A stretch of DNA of 64,000 bases. Source: an uncultured Gammaproteobacteria bacterium (GTDB taxonomy: Bacteria; Patescibacteriota; Microgenomatia; UBA12405). The notes beneath the pieces are model-generated. The model saw only the letters and a program-made list of their open reading frames with translations, ran no database searches and had not been told where the DNA came from. Positions within the stretch are counted from its first letter, which is position 1. Each line of letters starts with the position of its first letter. Below, piece by piece: positions 19,001-27,128 of the stretch. The stretch lies in contig CAZIHS010000003.1 of the NCBI GenBank assembly GCA_964538765.1, positions 631-64,630 on the forward strand. Reading direction: 5' to 3'. A program made the position numbers and the translations under genes.

Positions 19001-20508
19001 ACCACCGGCTGTCCACATCTACCAGCCACATTCGACGAATTTCCAACATTGGTGTAAGCCGAAAACACCGGCGCCGCCGGCAGAGGACAAGTTGGAGTGG
19101 GGGAGGGAGTGTTTGTTGGGGTTGGAGTATTGGTTGGCGACGGGGTTATCACGTTGACAAAAGTTAAACAGTTATTAGTACACCCCGTGGACGGGTTTGA
19201 ATTTGGCGGCCCGGGTGACCAGCTATTATTTGGCCGACAGCTATATTCAGTGCCATTTATAGTTTTTTTAGCCACCGTTGCAAAATATAATTTGTAACCC
19301 GGGCTTGGCCGGACCACAATCAAGCCGCAACTTGCATCACCATCCGCACCGCAAGAACTATATCCCGGAAAACTCCCATCAGCGCTATATTTATAAACTT
19401 TTGCCGAGGTTGTCCCTGCTCCCACTGTTCCCCGGCCATAAAATGTACCCTCTCCCACCGTCCCCGGCACCTTGCCAGGAGTTACCAGCACCGCCCCCCC
19501 GCTGCAGCTCATCACCACCGGCGTAGGCGTATTGGTTGGCGTCTGGGTTGCAGTTGGAGGAACGGGTGTGTTGGTTGGGACACAATCTTCGTTGTGTCCA
19601 TCCCTACAATCGTTGGAATAGTTACAACAATTGGGGTAGGTCCCATTTACAGGAAGGGTTGTGTCAGTGTAGCAAGTTTGCGAATTATAATTACACCTAT
19701 TCGCCGAGCAGTTGGCCGGACAAGTCGGAGTAGGGCTTGGCGGCACCGGCGTGTCAGTAACCCAAGCACAATTATCACAACTGCTACAAGCACTAAGATT
19801 CACACAATCATCCCACCCTGCATCCCACCAACATTGACCCGCATCATAACCAGTACAACTCCCCCAAGAACCCCACACCCCCCCTCCATTCGGGTTTGGA
19901 CAAGTACCATGACCAACGCACGCAGCCCTAACCTTTCCGTTAAACAAACCACCCAAATCTAACAGCCTCAAATATCTAACCCCAAAATTTCTGGCATATT
20001 GATAATCGGCCTTTAGATCATCCGCCTCAATCGAGCTCTCGTCCCGATACTTAAATTCATAAACACCTCGATAGACAAGAGCATTTATCAGTTTTTCCAA
20101 ATCTTCCCTTCCTGCCGATAAAAAATAATCTTTACTAATCGACACCTCAATAAGATTATTCAACCCCAAAGTTCGGTATTTAACGTTCCACACCCCTTTT
20201 CCATCAACCGCCCCCGAAAAATTCCCCCCTTCTTTAATCTCAAATTGATATTTAAGTTTTGTATTTTCAATTCCCTTAAAATAAGATCGGCTTTTAATCT
20301 TTTTCAACAAAGAATTACATTTGGTCTTGTCGAAACCAATGTGATAGCCCTTGATCTCACTCTTCACTTCAAATGGGCCGCAAATTGAACTATAGTTAGC
20401 CCTGACAATTAGGCCATACCCAAACCAGGCCACTACTAAAAACAAAGCAACATATAAAAACCACCTTGCTTTCTTTAAAACATTCAAAATAAAACTGCCA
20501 AACGACAC
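16069..20508 (-). CDS. giant (1479 aa) Cys-rich, PT-repeat cell-surface protein embedded in the pilus locus (putative pilus-associated adhesin)
   Basis: N-terminal TM. About 25 Cys in residues 190-330. Multiple Pro/Thr linkers including exact 27-aa tandem repeats. C-terminal Gly/Val-rich beta-repeat segment (..VVVSGSVSIGQGVKRMDGVLVADGEVVISGSS..). Confidence 0.7.
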   Translation of the reverse strand: MSFGSFILNVLKKARWFLYVALFLVVAWFGYGLIVRANYSSICGPFEVKSEIKGYHIGFDKTKCNSLLKKIKSRSYFKGIENTKLKYQFEIKEGGNFSGAVDGKGVWNVKYRTLGLNNLIEVSISKDYFLSAGREDLEKLINALVYRGVYEFKYRDESSIEADDLKADYQYARNFGVRYLRLLDLGGLFNGKVRAACVGHGTCPNPNGGGVWGSWGSCTGYDAGQCWWDAGWDDCVNLSACSSCDNCAWVTDTPVPPSPTPTCPANCSANRCNYNSQTCYTDTTLPVNGTYPNCCNYSNDCRDGHNEDCVPTNTPVPPTATQTPTNTPTPVVMSCSGGAVLVTPGKVPGTVGEGTFYGRGTVGAGTTSAKVYKYSADGSFPGYSSCGADGDASCGLIVVRPSPGYKLYFATVAKKTINGTEYSCRPNNSWSPGPPNSNPSTGCTNNCLTFVNVITPSPTNTPTPTNTPSPTPTCPLPAAPVFSAYTNVGNSSNVAGRCGQPVVRCTNVVGGPTWNWTNPNGGLPSYCAITSTKVFKNGTWSGPTPAPPAITSYGVSNLTDHQCYAVTARYSNVKGDGPWMMPVEWVEVDRSAPMPAWANFSCSYNNGPVGSEVFSATFGFGAVTDNGCAGMKPAPYHTEIAWEAGFPGGSTLTWDDAFTSHSVTNNAGTTIYGRVETSDNFDNVSGYKYANPIVLNCTNCTGCPGAPPATQTPTFTPTITPTDEPTPPLIPTDTPTPTVTAAPTGPTPTGPTATPTPTGPTNTPINSPTPTNALTPVPTSTPTPTGPTNTPINSPTPTNALTPVPTSTPTPEPGCSVWEPQPTITLNCSDRLNPIVEIVGSSGRNFMRSPNQGTGWGSVDAGVVRSFYYGVTDGVGETSFYKTSWYSGMASPIWTDTSLNPTPYYVNGQQVGELYPPSTYWGNLDFASHLVSGDSLVAGQTYYYRAKTDGGIACASSEVAVNFNCPNTNPMFQSFVIQNSGGAVVDAEVGDRNHICQPEFSPSGAMSGSDGRDRKAAFVLNVADEQGANTINRVEVSSGSNFGLVWTRSGGFSLTPAGGSLDYYEAGSVTEDSNLMELRFPVHFSENFANDSVAALSIRVVDADGNELSYPVGRSFRVWNCRVGGGGRVFDNSGQILACPSSGFTNPVPESAGFSSLIFDPIFDGFNDEGNVLTTISNFSDYSVSGSWLWGLTYDPLMVINSSTPQMRINQTVCNLAQLRVDSAVADPYTAGGTLTADFSVLLAQGAWYQAVGGGLAGGARVRNDIPVTCPLDLSCKAAFSVGAGGEANNGLVAAEQIVNNSGCDFDTCKYGSPNNWHFDGNVVEGKTDYSYFKTQFFERLGVGKTYFGNTDLSTIVGEGTKMALVNGNLTVSADNTVAQGDLLMVVVSGSVSIGQGVKRMDGVLVADGEVVISGSSSDQLVINGILYSTNSNVRIQRSYIDTMQNNISPAVVINYRPDFAFTMPAAVYRVISGWKEGR
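18078..18239. repeat. perfect 2 x 81-nt tandem repeat inside the giant protein gene (encodes the PT-rich 27-aa unit twice)
   Basis: gcgttggagttgaagttggcaccggcgttaaagcgtttgtcggcgttggagaatttattggtgtatttgttggcccggttg recurs exactly with an 81-nt period. A diverged third copy follows. Confidence 0.9.
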
Positions 20509-20569
20509 AACTTAAGATTAGCAAAATTCCTCACCCTAATCCACCCTAGCCCAAATCATCCCCCTTGTT

Positions 20570-20597
20570 CCAAACAAAACCCCCGCTTCCGCGGGGG
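20570..20597 (-). terminator. intrinsic terminator (usable on both strands) downstream of the small secreted-protein gene
   Basis: cccccgc-ttcc-gcggggg perfect hairpin flanked by a T-tract on the minus strand (GTTTTGTTTG) and tctttatt on the plus strand. Confidence 0.6.
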
Positions 20598-20629
20598 TCT
20601 TTATTAGAAAGATCTTTTTTATATCCCAC

Positions 20630-20920
20630 CTATTCACCAGATACGTATGGAGACGGATCTCTAAACGTCCACTGAATTGTCGTAATAGGCTCTTCTCCTT
20701 CAGGACAAAAACCTCCCTCTTTATATACATCACCCCTCTCAAACGTAAATCTCTGATCATCAAAGGTATCGAAAGGTTTCGGTAATTCAGACCCAAACTG
20801 AACACAATCGACTTGGCTATCAACAAAATTCGGAAGACGAACACTAACACCACTGGAATTAACAGCAGTAGTTACAGCGATCAGAACCGAAGCGCTTCTT
20901 AAACAATCAGCAAGTTTCAT
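20630..20920 (-). CDS. small secreted Cys-containing protein (96 aa)
   Basis: N-terminal signal-peptide-like segment MKLADCLRSASVLIAVTTAVNS. 4 Cys. Own terminator. Confidence 0.5.
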   Translation of the reverse strand: MKLADCLRSASVLIAVTTAVNSSGVSVRLPNFVDSQVDCVQFGSELPKPFDTFDDQRFTFERGDVYKEGGFCPEGEEPITTIQWTFRDPSPYVSGE

Positions 20921-21125
20921 AGTTCCTATTATTATTATAAATAAATAAACAACCGAATTATATCCAACTACCCTATAATGTCAAGAAGTAATTTACCAGC
21001 CTGATTAATAATCTCTCCTTTTCTTTCCGAAAATAAATATACAACATCCCAGTATTTCAGCCAACAATAGGCATTTTATCCACAAAAGAAATCACACCTA
21101 TATACACCTATAATATATATCAAAG

Positions 21126-21584
21126 TTACTCCACCTTCACCAGCCCCTCTCCTCCCGCCCCCATTCCTTCAACTCTGTATTCCAAAGTCCCTTTCTCTTT
21201 TAAGGTTTTTACCAGCGCGTCTTTGGCAACAACTTCCACCACTCCGCCATCACTAAAAACCACCTTCACCGTCTTTTTCGTTTTATTAATTAGCACCAAA
21301 TCATCAAGCACCTTGCCCACAACCGTTTTTTCCGACAAACCACTTTCACCAATTGTCACCTCAACCACCCTGGCCTTTTCCAGCATTCCTTTAATTTCTT
21401 CAGCCGATTTATCAGCCAATACCCCCTCGGGTTGATTCACTTGCCTCAACAATTGCGCCGACTCATTTCCATTTCTAAATATCTCTCTTTTTTGTTGAGT
21501 TCTAAGGTAAAAAAATATTATTCCGGCCACCACCAAAAGCAGTACCAACGCCAAACCATAAACCAGCCCCTCCTCCTTTTTCAT
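21126..21584 (-). CDS. hypothetical membrane-anchored protein (152 aa)
   Basis: Single N-terminal TM, Lys/Glu/Val-rich remainder. Inside the pilus locus. Confidence 0.5.
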   Translation of the reverse strand: MKKEEGLVYGLALVLLLVVAGIIFFYLRTQQKREIFRNGNESAQLLRQVNQPEGVLADKSAEEIKGMLEKARVVEVTIGESGLSEKTVVGKVLDDLVLINKTKKTVKVVFSDGGVVEVVAKDALVKTLKEKGTLEYRVEGMGAGGEGLVKVE

Positions 21585-21619
21585 CTTCTAATCAAACCAC
21601 ATATCACCAGGCCCGTCAA

Positions 21620-22120
21620 TCAGTTTCTTAAAGTCACACTTGTCGAAAAATCCTTTTGCACAAATCCGCCCGCATTTGTATCATCCCCCGATTTCAAAGT
21701 AAAATTAAACCTGACTACCGGGTAGGGAAGAGAAGTATCACACCTGGCAAAGTCAGCACACCCATCCACCGTTACCCGACTGTCTGATAAATAAAAATTA
21801 CCACTGGCCGACACCGAGGCAATCTTCCCCGACTCACAAATCAGCCGCACCATCCCGCCGTTGGAATCCAACAGCGCCACTCCGGTTCCGCCCGTTCCGG
21901 TTGGGCAAACAACCAGCTTGTCAAAATCAGCTGAAATCACATTTTTCCTTAAACTCTGCAAAATATTTGCGCCGTTTGCTTCCACCACATCCGCCACCCT
22001 CACCCTCGACCTCACCTTAAAAGTATCAACCATAACTCCGCCCACCGCCGAAATCAAAATACCCGTCAGTGTCACCACCACCAGCAATTCAACCAAGGTA
22101 AATCCTAAATCCTGCTTCAT
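21620..22120 (-). CDS. prepilin-type (pseudopilin/minor pilin) protein
   Basis: MKQDLGFTLVELLVVV class III signal peptide (G|FTLVE). ATGA overlap with the upstream gene. Confidence 0.7.
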   Translation of the reverse strand: MKQDLGFTLVELLVVVTLTGILISAVGGVMVDTFKVRSRVRVADVVEANGANILQSLRKNVISADFDKLVVCPTGTGGTGVALLDSNGGMVRLICESGKIASVSASGNFYLSDSRVTVDGCADFARCDTSLPYPVVRFNFTLKSGDDTNAGGFVQKDFSTSVTLRN

Positions 22121-22533
22121 TTTCTGCCAAAAAACTTTGTAACCACCAAAGACTCGCCCACCCCCCAATTAATTTTTATCACCGCCTCAGCACAGTCAGT
22201 TATCCCAACTCCGCAGTTTGGATAGTAAGAATTATTGGCAATGTTATTAAACTCCACCGTATAGTTATACCCCTCATAACCCGACACTCCTCCCGATAAA
22301 TTAGCAAGTTGCCAAAAGGTTCCGGGCTCATTTTTCTTTTTATCGGTCAGCATTTCGGCCACCTTTTCCACCGCCTCCACCCCGGCCTTTCTTTCCACCG
22401 ATTTGCCTCTTCCCGAAAGCATCACCAAAAGCAACACCACTGTTCCGCTCAATACCAGCACCAGCACTCCGGTGGCAAAAAGCACCTCGACCAAACTTTG
22501 CCCTCTAGTTTTCAGAAACCCGTCCCATTGCAT
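22117..22533 (-). CDS. prepilin-type minor pilin
   Basis: ..KTRGQSLVEVLFATGVLVLVL: N-terminal hydrophobic helix with Glu at +5 after the Gly. Start position uncertain (22533 or 22557). Confidence 0.55.
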   Translation of the reverse strand: MQWDGFLKTRGQSLVEVLFATGVLVLVLSGTVVLLLVMLSGRGKSVERKAGVEAVEKVAEMLTDKKKNEPGTFWQLANLSGGVSGYEGYNYTVEFNNIANNSYYPNCGVGITDCAEAVIKINWGVGESLVVTKFFGRK

Positions 22534-22990
22534 CAACTTGCACCACCCGGGTTTCACCTAAACCCGCCAAACCAATAATCACATTAACAACTTTGTTGCT
22601 GTCAACCGGTTCTCCCAGGTCGTTAACCAATTTTCCTTCCTGCATCAAAAAATTAATATTTTCCTCCACCGTCACTGTTGCCTCTTCAACTGCCACCACT
22701 TTATCAAAGTATTGAATGTTAGCCCCACCCAGTTCAACCGCGCTACTTTTTACCCGCTTGTTTCCAACCACCTCTACCCTAACATAATCTGCCCTTGTCA
22801 TTCCTGTAGGCAATTTTTGCCCCAAAGCATCGCTTCTGGCCAACCTTAAATTTGCTGAAACCTCATCTTTCGTTGACTCTAAATTTTGCAATTTAGAAAA
22901 CCGACTCATTGTGACCACTGCCCCCACCGACAAAATCGCCATCACCACTCCAATTGTCATCAATTCAACAAAAGTGTAACCTTTTCTCAT
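22505..22990 (-). CDS. prepilin-type minor pilin (FimT/GspH-like)
   Basis: MRKGYTFVELMTIGVVMAIL (G|YTFVE). Confidence 0.65.
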   Translation of the reverse strand: MRKGYTFVELMTIGVVMAILSVGAVVTMSRFSKLQNLESTKDEVSANLRLARSDALGQKLPTGMTRADYVRVEVVGNKRVKSSAVELGGANIQYFDKVVAVEEATVTVEENINFLMQEGKLVNDLGEPVDSNKVVNVIIGLAGLGETRVVQVDAMGRVSEN

Positions 22991-22991
22991 C

Positions 22992-23408
22992 CTAAGGATT
23001 GGTTAAAGAGTAGTTGCAATATACCGTCGCTGTCAAACCACAATCGCTCCCCCCACCAGCCGCCGCCTCACCCTCCAGATACGCTTCAAGAACATATGTT
23101 GTCGCCGGGTTCCCCACACCATAAACATACCGATACCTATCAGGCATCGGATCATCTGGCCAGGACTGTAAATAATCCGGCACCAGAAAACCGGTATTAG
23201 CCGGGTAACTGCCACCAACCTGTTTATACATTTCAAGCGCGATTCTTACCTTTTCCAAATCCGCCTTCCGCCTTGAATCCCTGGCTTTTTTATTCGCCCC
23301 GCTAAAAATAACCACCGCTCCCACCATCAACACCCCAACTATCACCACCGTCACCATCAGCTCAATTAAGGTAAACCCCTTTTTGTTATTCCCCTCTATA
23401 TATTTCAT
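22992..23408 (-). CDS. type IV pilin-like protein
   Basis: ..NNKKGFTLIELMVTVVIVGVL..ARDSRRKADLEKVRIALEMY matches the GspG/PilA-type N-terminal domain. Confidence 0.75.
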   Translation of the reverse strand: MKYIEGNNKKGFTLIELMVTVVIVGVLMVGAVVIFSGANKKARDSRRKADLEKVRIALEMYKQVGGSYPANTGFLVPDYLQSWPDDPMPDRYRYVYGVGNPATTYVLEAYLEGEAAAGGGSDCGLTATVYCNYSLTNP

Positions 23409-23418
23409 GTTTATCCAG

Positions 23419-23871
23419 TTATTGCTGACTTTTCACACAAAAATATGTGGTTCCAGCCACACTACAGTTTTGGTTACCATAATTACCCTTATCGCTTTCT
23501 TCCATGGTGGCACAACAGCAATACCCGCTCCCATCCAGTGCGTTACCGTTACCCGGCACAACACACTGGTATCTATAATTACCCGTATCCTTTGGATCTG
23601 TCGGTAACCTGTCTATAATCGTCTGGGTAGGCGCTCCCGCCGACCACGAACCTCCATGGGGAAAAGCAGTCGGATAGCTGTATCCCGAAAGAATATAATA
23701 TTCCTCAGCCGCTTTTTGAACCGCATTCATGTCCTGAATTCGTCTCGAATCCCTGGCTTTTTTTTGGACAACTGAAAAGCTTACCACCGCCACCGACATC
23801 AAAATGCCAATAATCGATATTGAAATCAATAGTTCAAATAAGGTAAACCCACTGTGTTTTATCAGCTTCAT
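23419..23871 (-). CDS. type IV pilin-like protein
   Basis: MKLIKHSGFTLFELLISISIIGIL..KKARDSRR. Cys-rich C-terminus. Confidence 0.7.
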   Translation of the reverse strand: MKLIKHSGFTLFELLISISIIGILMSVAVVSFSVVQKKARDSRRIQDMNAVQKAAEEYYILSGYSYPTAFPHGGSWSAGAPTQTIIDRLPTDPKDTGNYRYQCVVPGNGNALDGSGYCCCATMEESDKGNYGNQNCSVAGTTYFCVKSQQ

Positions 23872-23899
23872 CCTTCTAAATAAACTATACATGTTTTAA

Positions 23900-24307
23900 T
23901 CAGTATGCACAAACCGCAAACACACCGGGAGTTGGCGTTAACCGGCACCTTAGCTGAGAGTTTGTTCCTTCCCCGCCACTATCCGACTCCAGCTCAGTCC
24001 TAAGCACAAAACCATCACCACCGGCCACCTGGCTATAGTCATAAGTTGTCGCCACTCCAACCGGCATATAGGTCGGCACCAGTAAAGCTTCCAGCTCGGC
24101 CTGGGAAGAAGCGGAAGGATAAAGCTGAAAATCGTTGTAATATATCCTTAAAGCTCCTTTTATCGATTCCAAATCCTGTTTCTTTTGGACATCCTTGGCC
24201 CTTGTTCTCATGCCCACCAGGTTTGGCAACAGCACCGTAGTTAAAAGAGCAATTATACCCATCACCACCAACAATTCAACCAAACTAAACCCTCTCTTTT
24301 TTCTCAT
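23900..24307 (-). CDS. type IV pilin-like protein
   Basis: MRKKRGFSLVELLVVMGIIALL..RAKDVQKKQDLESIK. Confidence 0.75.
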   Translation of the reverse strand: MRKKRGFSLVELLVVMGIIALLTTVLLPNLVGMRTRAKDVQKKQDLESIKGALRIYYNDFQLYPSASSQAELEALLVPTYMPVGVATTYDYSQVAGGDGFVLRTELESDSGGEGTNSQLRCRLTPTPGVFAVCAY

Positions 24308-24837
24308 ATTGGCAAACCCGGATTAGGGGTAAAATCACTCATCACTGCATTTGGGGAAACCACCGCATAACAGTAAATGTTTTGGTTGCAATAATAACCA
24401 TAAAGCGGCCCACCCGATTGGGTAAGCTTGCAATCAGTATCACTCCTATTTTCAAGCATCGCCAAAATCGCGTACTTCTTTCGGTCGGCGGTGGTTACAT
24501 AACAAAAAGGGGGCATTGAGGCATTTTTTTCTAAAGGCGTTTTCTTCATATACACGTAACCCCCGGCGTCTTTAAACTCTCCACCGCTTCCATCAGCCCC
24601 AATCAAACCGTTAATCTCGCTTTCCTCAGGAAAAACACCATAGTCAGCAAAATAGGTTTGTATCGCCTTGGACAAACCATTAATGTCGCCTTTTCGCGAC
24701 ACATCTCTGGCCTTCCGGCTGGCGCCCTGAAACTGGGAAGCAGTTATGATCGTTAATATCGACATAATCGATATCACCACCAAAAGCTCGATCAACGTAA
24801 ACCCGCCCTTGTTCTTATTTAACTGCACTATATTCAT
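24304..24837 (-). CDS. type IV pilin-like protein
   Basis: MNIVQLNKNKGGFTLIELLVVISIMSIL..ASRKARDVSRKGDI. ATG at 24837 chosen over the longer listed ORF. Confidence 0.7.
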   Translation of the reverse strand: MNIVQLNKNKGGFTLIELLVVISIMSILTIITASQFQGASRKARDVSRKGDINGLSKAIQTYFADYGVFPEESEINGLIGADGSGGEFKDAGGYVYMKKTPLEKNASMPPFCYVTTADRKKYAILAMLENRSDTDCKLTQSGGPLYGYYCNQNIYCYAVVSPNAVMSDFTPNPGLPI

Positions 24838-24856
24838 TATAAACAAATTTTTCAAG

Positions 24857-25495
24857 TTAGGGGCATGCTGCCGCCACACACTCTTCGTCACAACCGCTCA
24901 CTCCTCCGCCTTGATAACAATTGGGGGCCGTGCAACTTGCCACCTGACTGCACCCGTTGTTGGCGGTTCTGATGCTACACACTCCACTCTGACAGGCAAC
25001 CGTTGTGTACCAGCTATAATTACTACTACTCAATCCAAAATTAACCTGATCAACCGTATAACCACCAACAGGAATCTTTCCGGAATAATGTTCTCCCCAA
25101 CCGTCTGGTATAGCACCATCCCGAACGTTATCAAGCTTCGTCATCACTGCATAAAAATTTGGACAGCCCGAATTTCCCGCCACCAGGTAATACGGCCCTC
25201 CTTTTGGGTCGCACGGCCAAACAGATAGCCAGGGACTAAAAACCCTGCTCCCGCAATTTTCCGTTTTCACCAACTCCTCAATCACCGTGTTGTTGGGATA
25301 ACAATTCCTATCACTGTAATATTCCTCAAAAGCAGTTCTGATCGCCTTTAAATCTGCCTTTCGCCTGGTGTCGTTTCCTTTATTAACCAAACCAACTGGA
25401 TTAATTGTTCCCACTGCCACCAGCACCATTATCGCCAAAATAGATACCACCATAATAAGCTCTATCAAAGTCACTCCGCGGTTGTTTACCACCAT
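24857..25495 (-). CDS. type IV pilin-like protein (large, Cys-rich C-terminus)
   Basis: MVVNNRGVTLIELIMVVSILAIM..DTRRKADLKAIRTAFEEYY. The upstream 60 codons of the listed ORF overlap pilD and are discounted. Confidence 0.65.
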   Translation of the reverse strand: MVVNNRGVTLIELIMVVSILAIMVLVAVGTINPVGLVNKGNDTRRKADLKAIRTAFEEYYSDRNCYPNNTVIEELVKTENCGSRVFSPWLSVWPCDPKGGPYYLVAGNSGCPNFYAVMTKLDNVRDGAIPDGWGEHYSGKIPVGGYTVDQVNFGLSSSNYSWYTTVACQSGVCSIRTANNGCSQVASCTAPNCYQGGGVSGCDEECVAAACP

Positions 25496-26289
25496 CTTCT
25501 TATCAAATCTAACACACATTCCCCCCACCTCCACAAAACCCACCAGCCGGCCAGCATAAACGGTCCAAACGGAATCATCCGTTCCCTTTTTATCTTTTTG
25601 GCCGCCAGTAACAATATCACCACCAAGCCACCAATCAAAAAAGCGGCGTATGTCGCCAAAACTGCCCCGGGCCAACCCAACCCCAGCCCGATTACTGCCG
25701 CCAGCTTAACATCGCCAAAACCCATCGCCGCCGATTTTCTAATTTTAATTTTTGAAAGTAAAAAATAAAAAAGAGTCAACCCGATGGCCGTTAGAACAGC
25801 CTCAAAAAATTGCCCAAAAAAAAGGGCGTAAAATAAAGCCAGAAAACTCATCAACAATGACGAAAAATCAGGCAAAATCATCCACTTTAAATCAAAAACC
25901 AGGCTAAACATCGCCGCTGTTAACCAGATCACCATAATTAATAAACCCAAAAAGTCTGCTTTGGAAAAATATAAATCGGAACCAAATTTGGCCACACTGC
26001 TTATCAGCAACAATCCAACCGTCAATTCAACAATAGGGTAGAGAAGAGGTAACCTCTTCTGACAGCATCTAGATCTTCCCGCCTGCCACCACCAGCTCAA
26101 CAACGGAACATTCTCCCACCACTCCAATTTTCTGCCGCAAAAATCACAATAACTCCTGTTTTCGTTTTTCACCCTAAATTTAATTTTCCTCAACCCATAC
26201 TTAACCTCTGTTCGGTAAACCAGCATATTTACAAAACTTCCCAGCCCCAGCCCAATCAAAAAAATTAAAATCCACAACACAATTTCCAC
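25486..26289 (-). CDS. pilD: prepilin peptidase (A24 family) PilD
   Basis: N-terminal CxxC..CxxC zinc region (SYCDFCGRKL...RCCQKRL). Polytopic membrane protein. GFGDVKL catalytic Asp box. Confidence 0.85.
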   Translation of the reverse strand: MEIVLWILIFLIGLGLGSFVNMLVYRTEVKYGLRKIKFRVKNENRSYCDFCGRKLEWWENVPLLSWWWQAGRSRCCQKRLPLLYPIVELTVGLLLISSVAKFGSDLYFSKADFLGLLIMVIWLTAAMFSLVFDLKWMILPDFSSLLMSFLALFYALFFGQFFEAVLTAIGLTLFYFLLSKIKIRKSAAMGFGDVKLAAVIGLGLGWPGAVLATYAAFLIGGLVVILLLAAKKIKRERMIPFGPFMLAGWWVLWRWGECVLDLIRRWW

Positions 26290-26353
26290 TCTCTAATCTA
26301 CCCCAAATCTTCAAAGCAGGAAAGGAGAGATTGAAAAATTTATGTCATCTACC

Positions 26354-26376
26354 AAAAACCCCGGCAAAAGCCGGGG
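26354..26376 (-). terminator. intrinsic terminator just downstream of the major pilin gene
   Basis: On the minus strand: gaccccggc-tttt-gccgggg followed by ttttt. Confidence 0.65.
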
Positions 26377-26401
26377 TCTAAACAATGCAAACAAACAATT
26401 A

Positions 26402-27076
26402 CTAAGGTCCTGGAACCGTGGTTGGAGTGGGAGTCCCGGCGCCCGCCACTGTTGCGGTTTCTGGTACACACATAAAAAAGGCAGAGGCGGTCGTACAATT
26501 GGAGCCATCGCAATAATATTCCTGCCCGGCGCTAGACCAACTACTATCATCAGCAGCGACCGTATCACAGCCACTATCACCCGGCATAAGCAATTCTTTT
26601 GCCTTCAAACATCTCAAATCGCCAACTCTGGTTCTGTTCGCTTTTGCCTTAGGAACATAACAAACATAGTTCACATCTGCTCCGTCGTTGTAGACATACA
26701 TCTTGTTGATCGCCAAAGCATTAGAAACAAAAGGCTCTTTGGCCGAAAAAGAAGATTTAAGTTCAGAAGTCACTATTAATCCACCAGAAGCACCAACTCC
26801 AGAAGCAACCCCAAACTCATTAGTTGTACTATCAAAGATAGTTTCTCCAACCAAAGAGGGTTCACCCCATGGGTATCTGTTTAAAGAAGCATAATATCTC
26901 TCATAAGCCGACAGCACTTCAGCCGAATCATTCTTCCATTGAGCATCTCTTGCCTTGTTCGACTGTTCAATCGGATTAATAGTCGCCAACACCGCCACCG
27001 ACAAAATAGAGATTAAAGCAATCACAATCAACAACTCTACAAGAGTAAAACCCTTTTCTAAAATTATCTTTTTCAT
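26402..27076 (-). CDS. major type IV pilin candidate (PilA-like)
   Basis: MKKIILEKGFTLVELLIVIALISILSVAVLATINPIEQSNKARDAQ has a short leader and canonical G|FTLVE. Own terminator. First pilin after pilC. Confidence 0.75.
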   Translation of the reverse strand: MKKIILEKGFTLVELLIVIALISILSVAVLATINPIEQSNKARDAQWKNDSAEVLSAYERYYASLNRYPWGEPSLVGETIFDSTTNEFGVASGVGASGGLIVTSELKSSFSAKEPFVSNALAINKMYVYNDGADVNYVCYVPKAKANRTRVGDLRCLKAKELLMPGDSGCDTVAADDSSWSSAGQEYYCDGSNCTTASAFFMCVPETATVAGAGTPTPTTVPGP

Positions 27077-27128
27077 TTTTCCAAAAATATATAAATAATA
27101 AAACTTTCTTACTAAATTTATATGCCTA

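Noticed and set aside
21076-21084. Second perfect DnaA box TTATCCACA in the AT-rich spacer inside the pilus locus
   Set aside because: An isolated 9-mer in an AT-rich promoter region. One or two chance occurrences are expected in 64 kb on two strands. No accompanying repeats or unwinding element.
26311-26779. ORFs 26311..26580 (-) and 26342..26779 (+) around the major pilin gene
   Set aside because: They overlap the well-supported pilin CDS and its terminator in other frames, and have low-complexity, Arg/Gly-rich translations.
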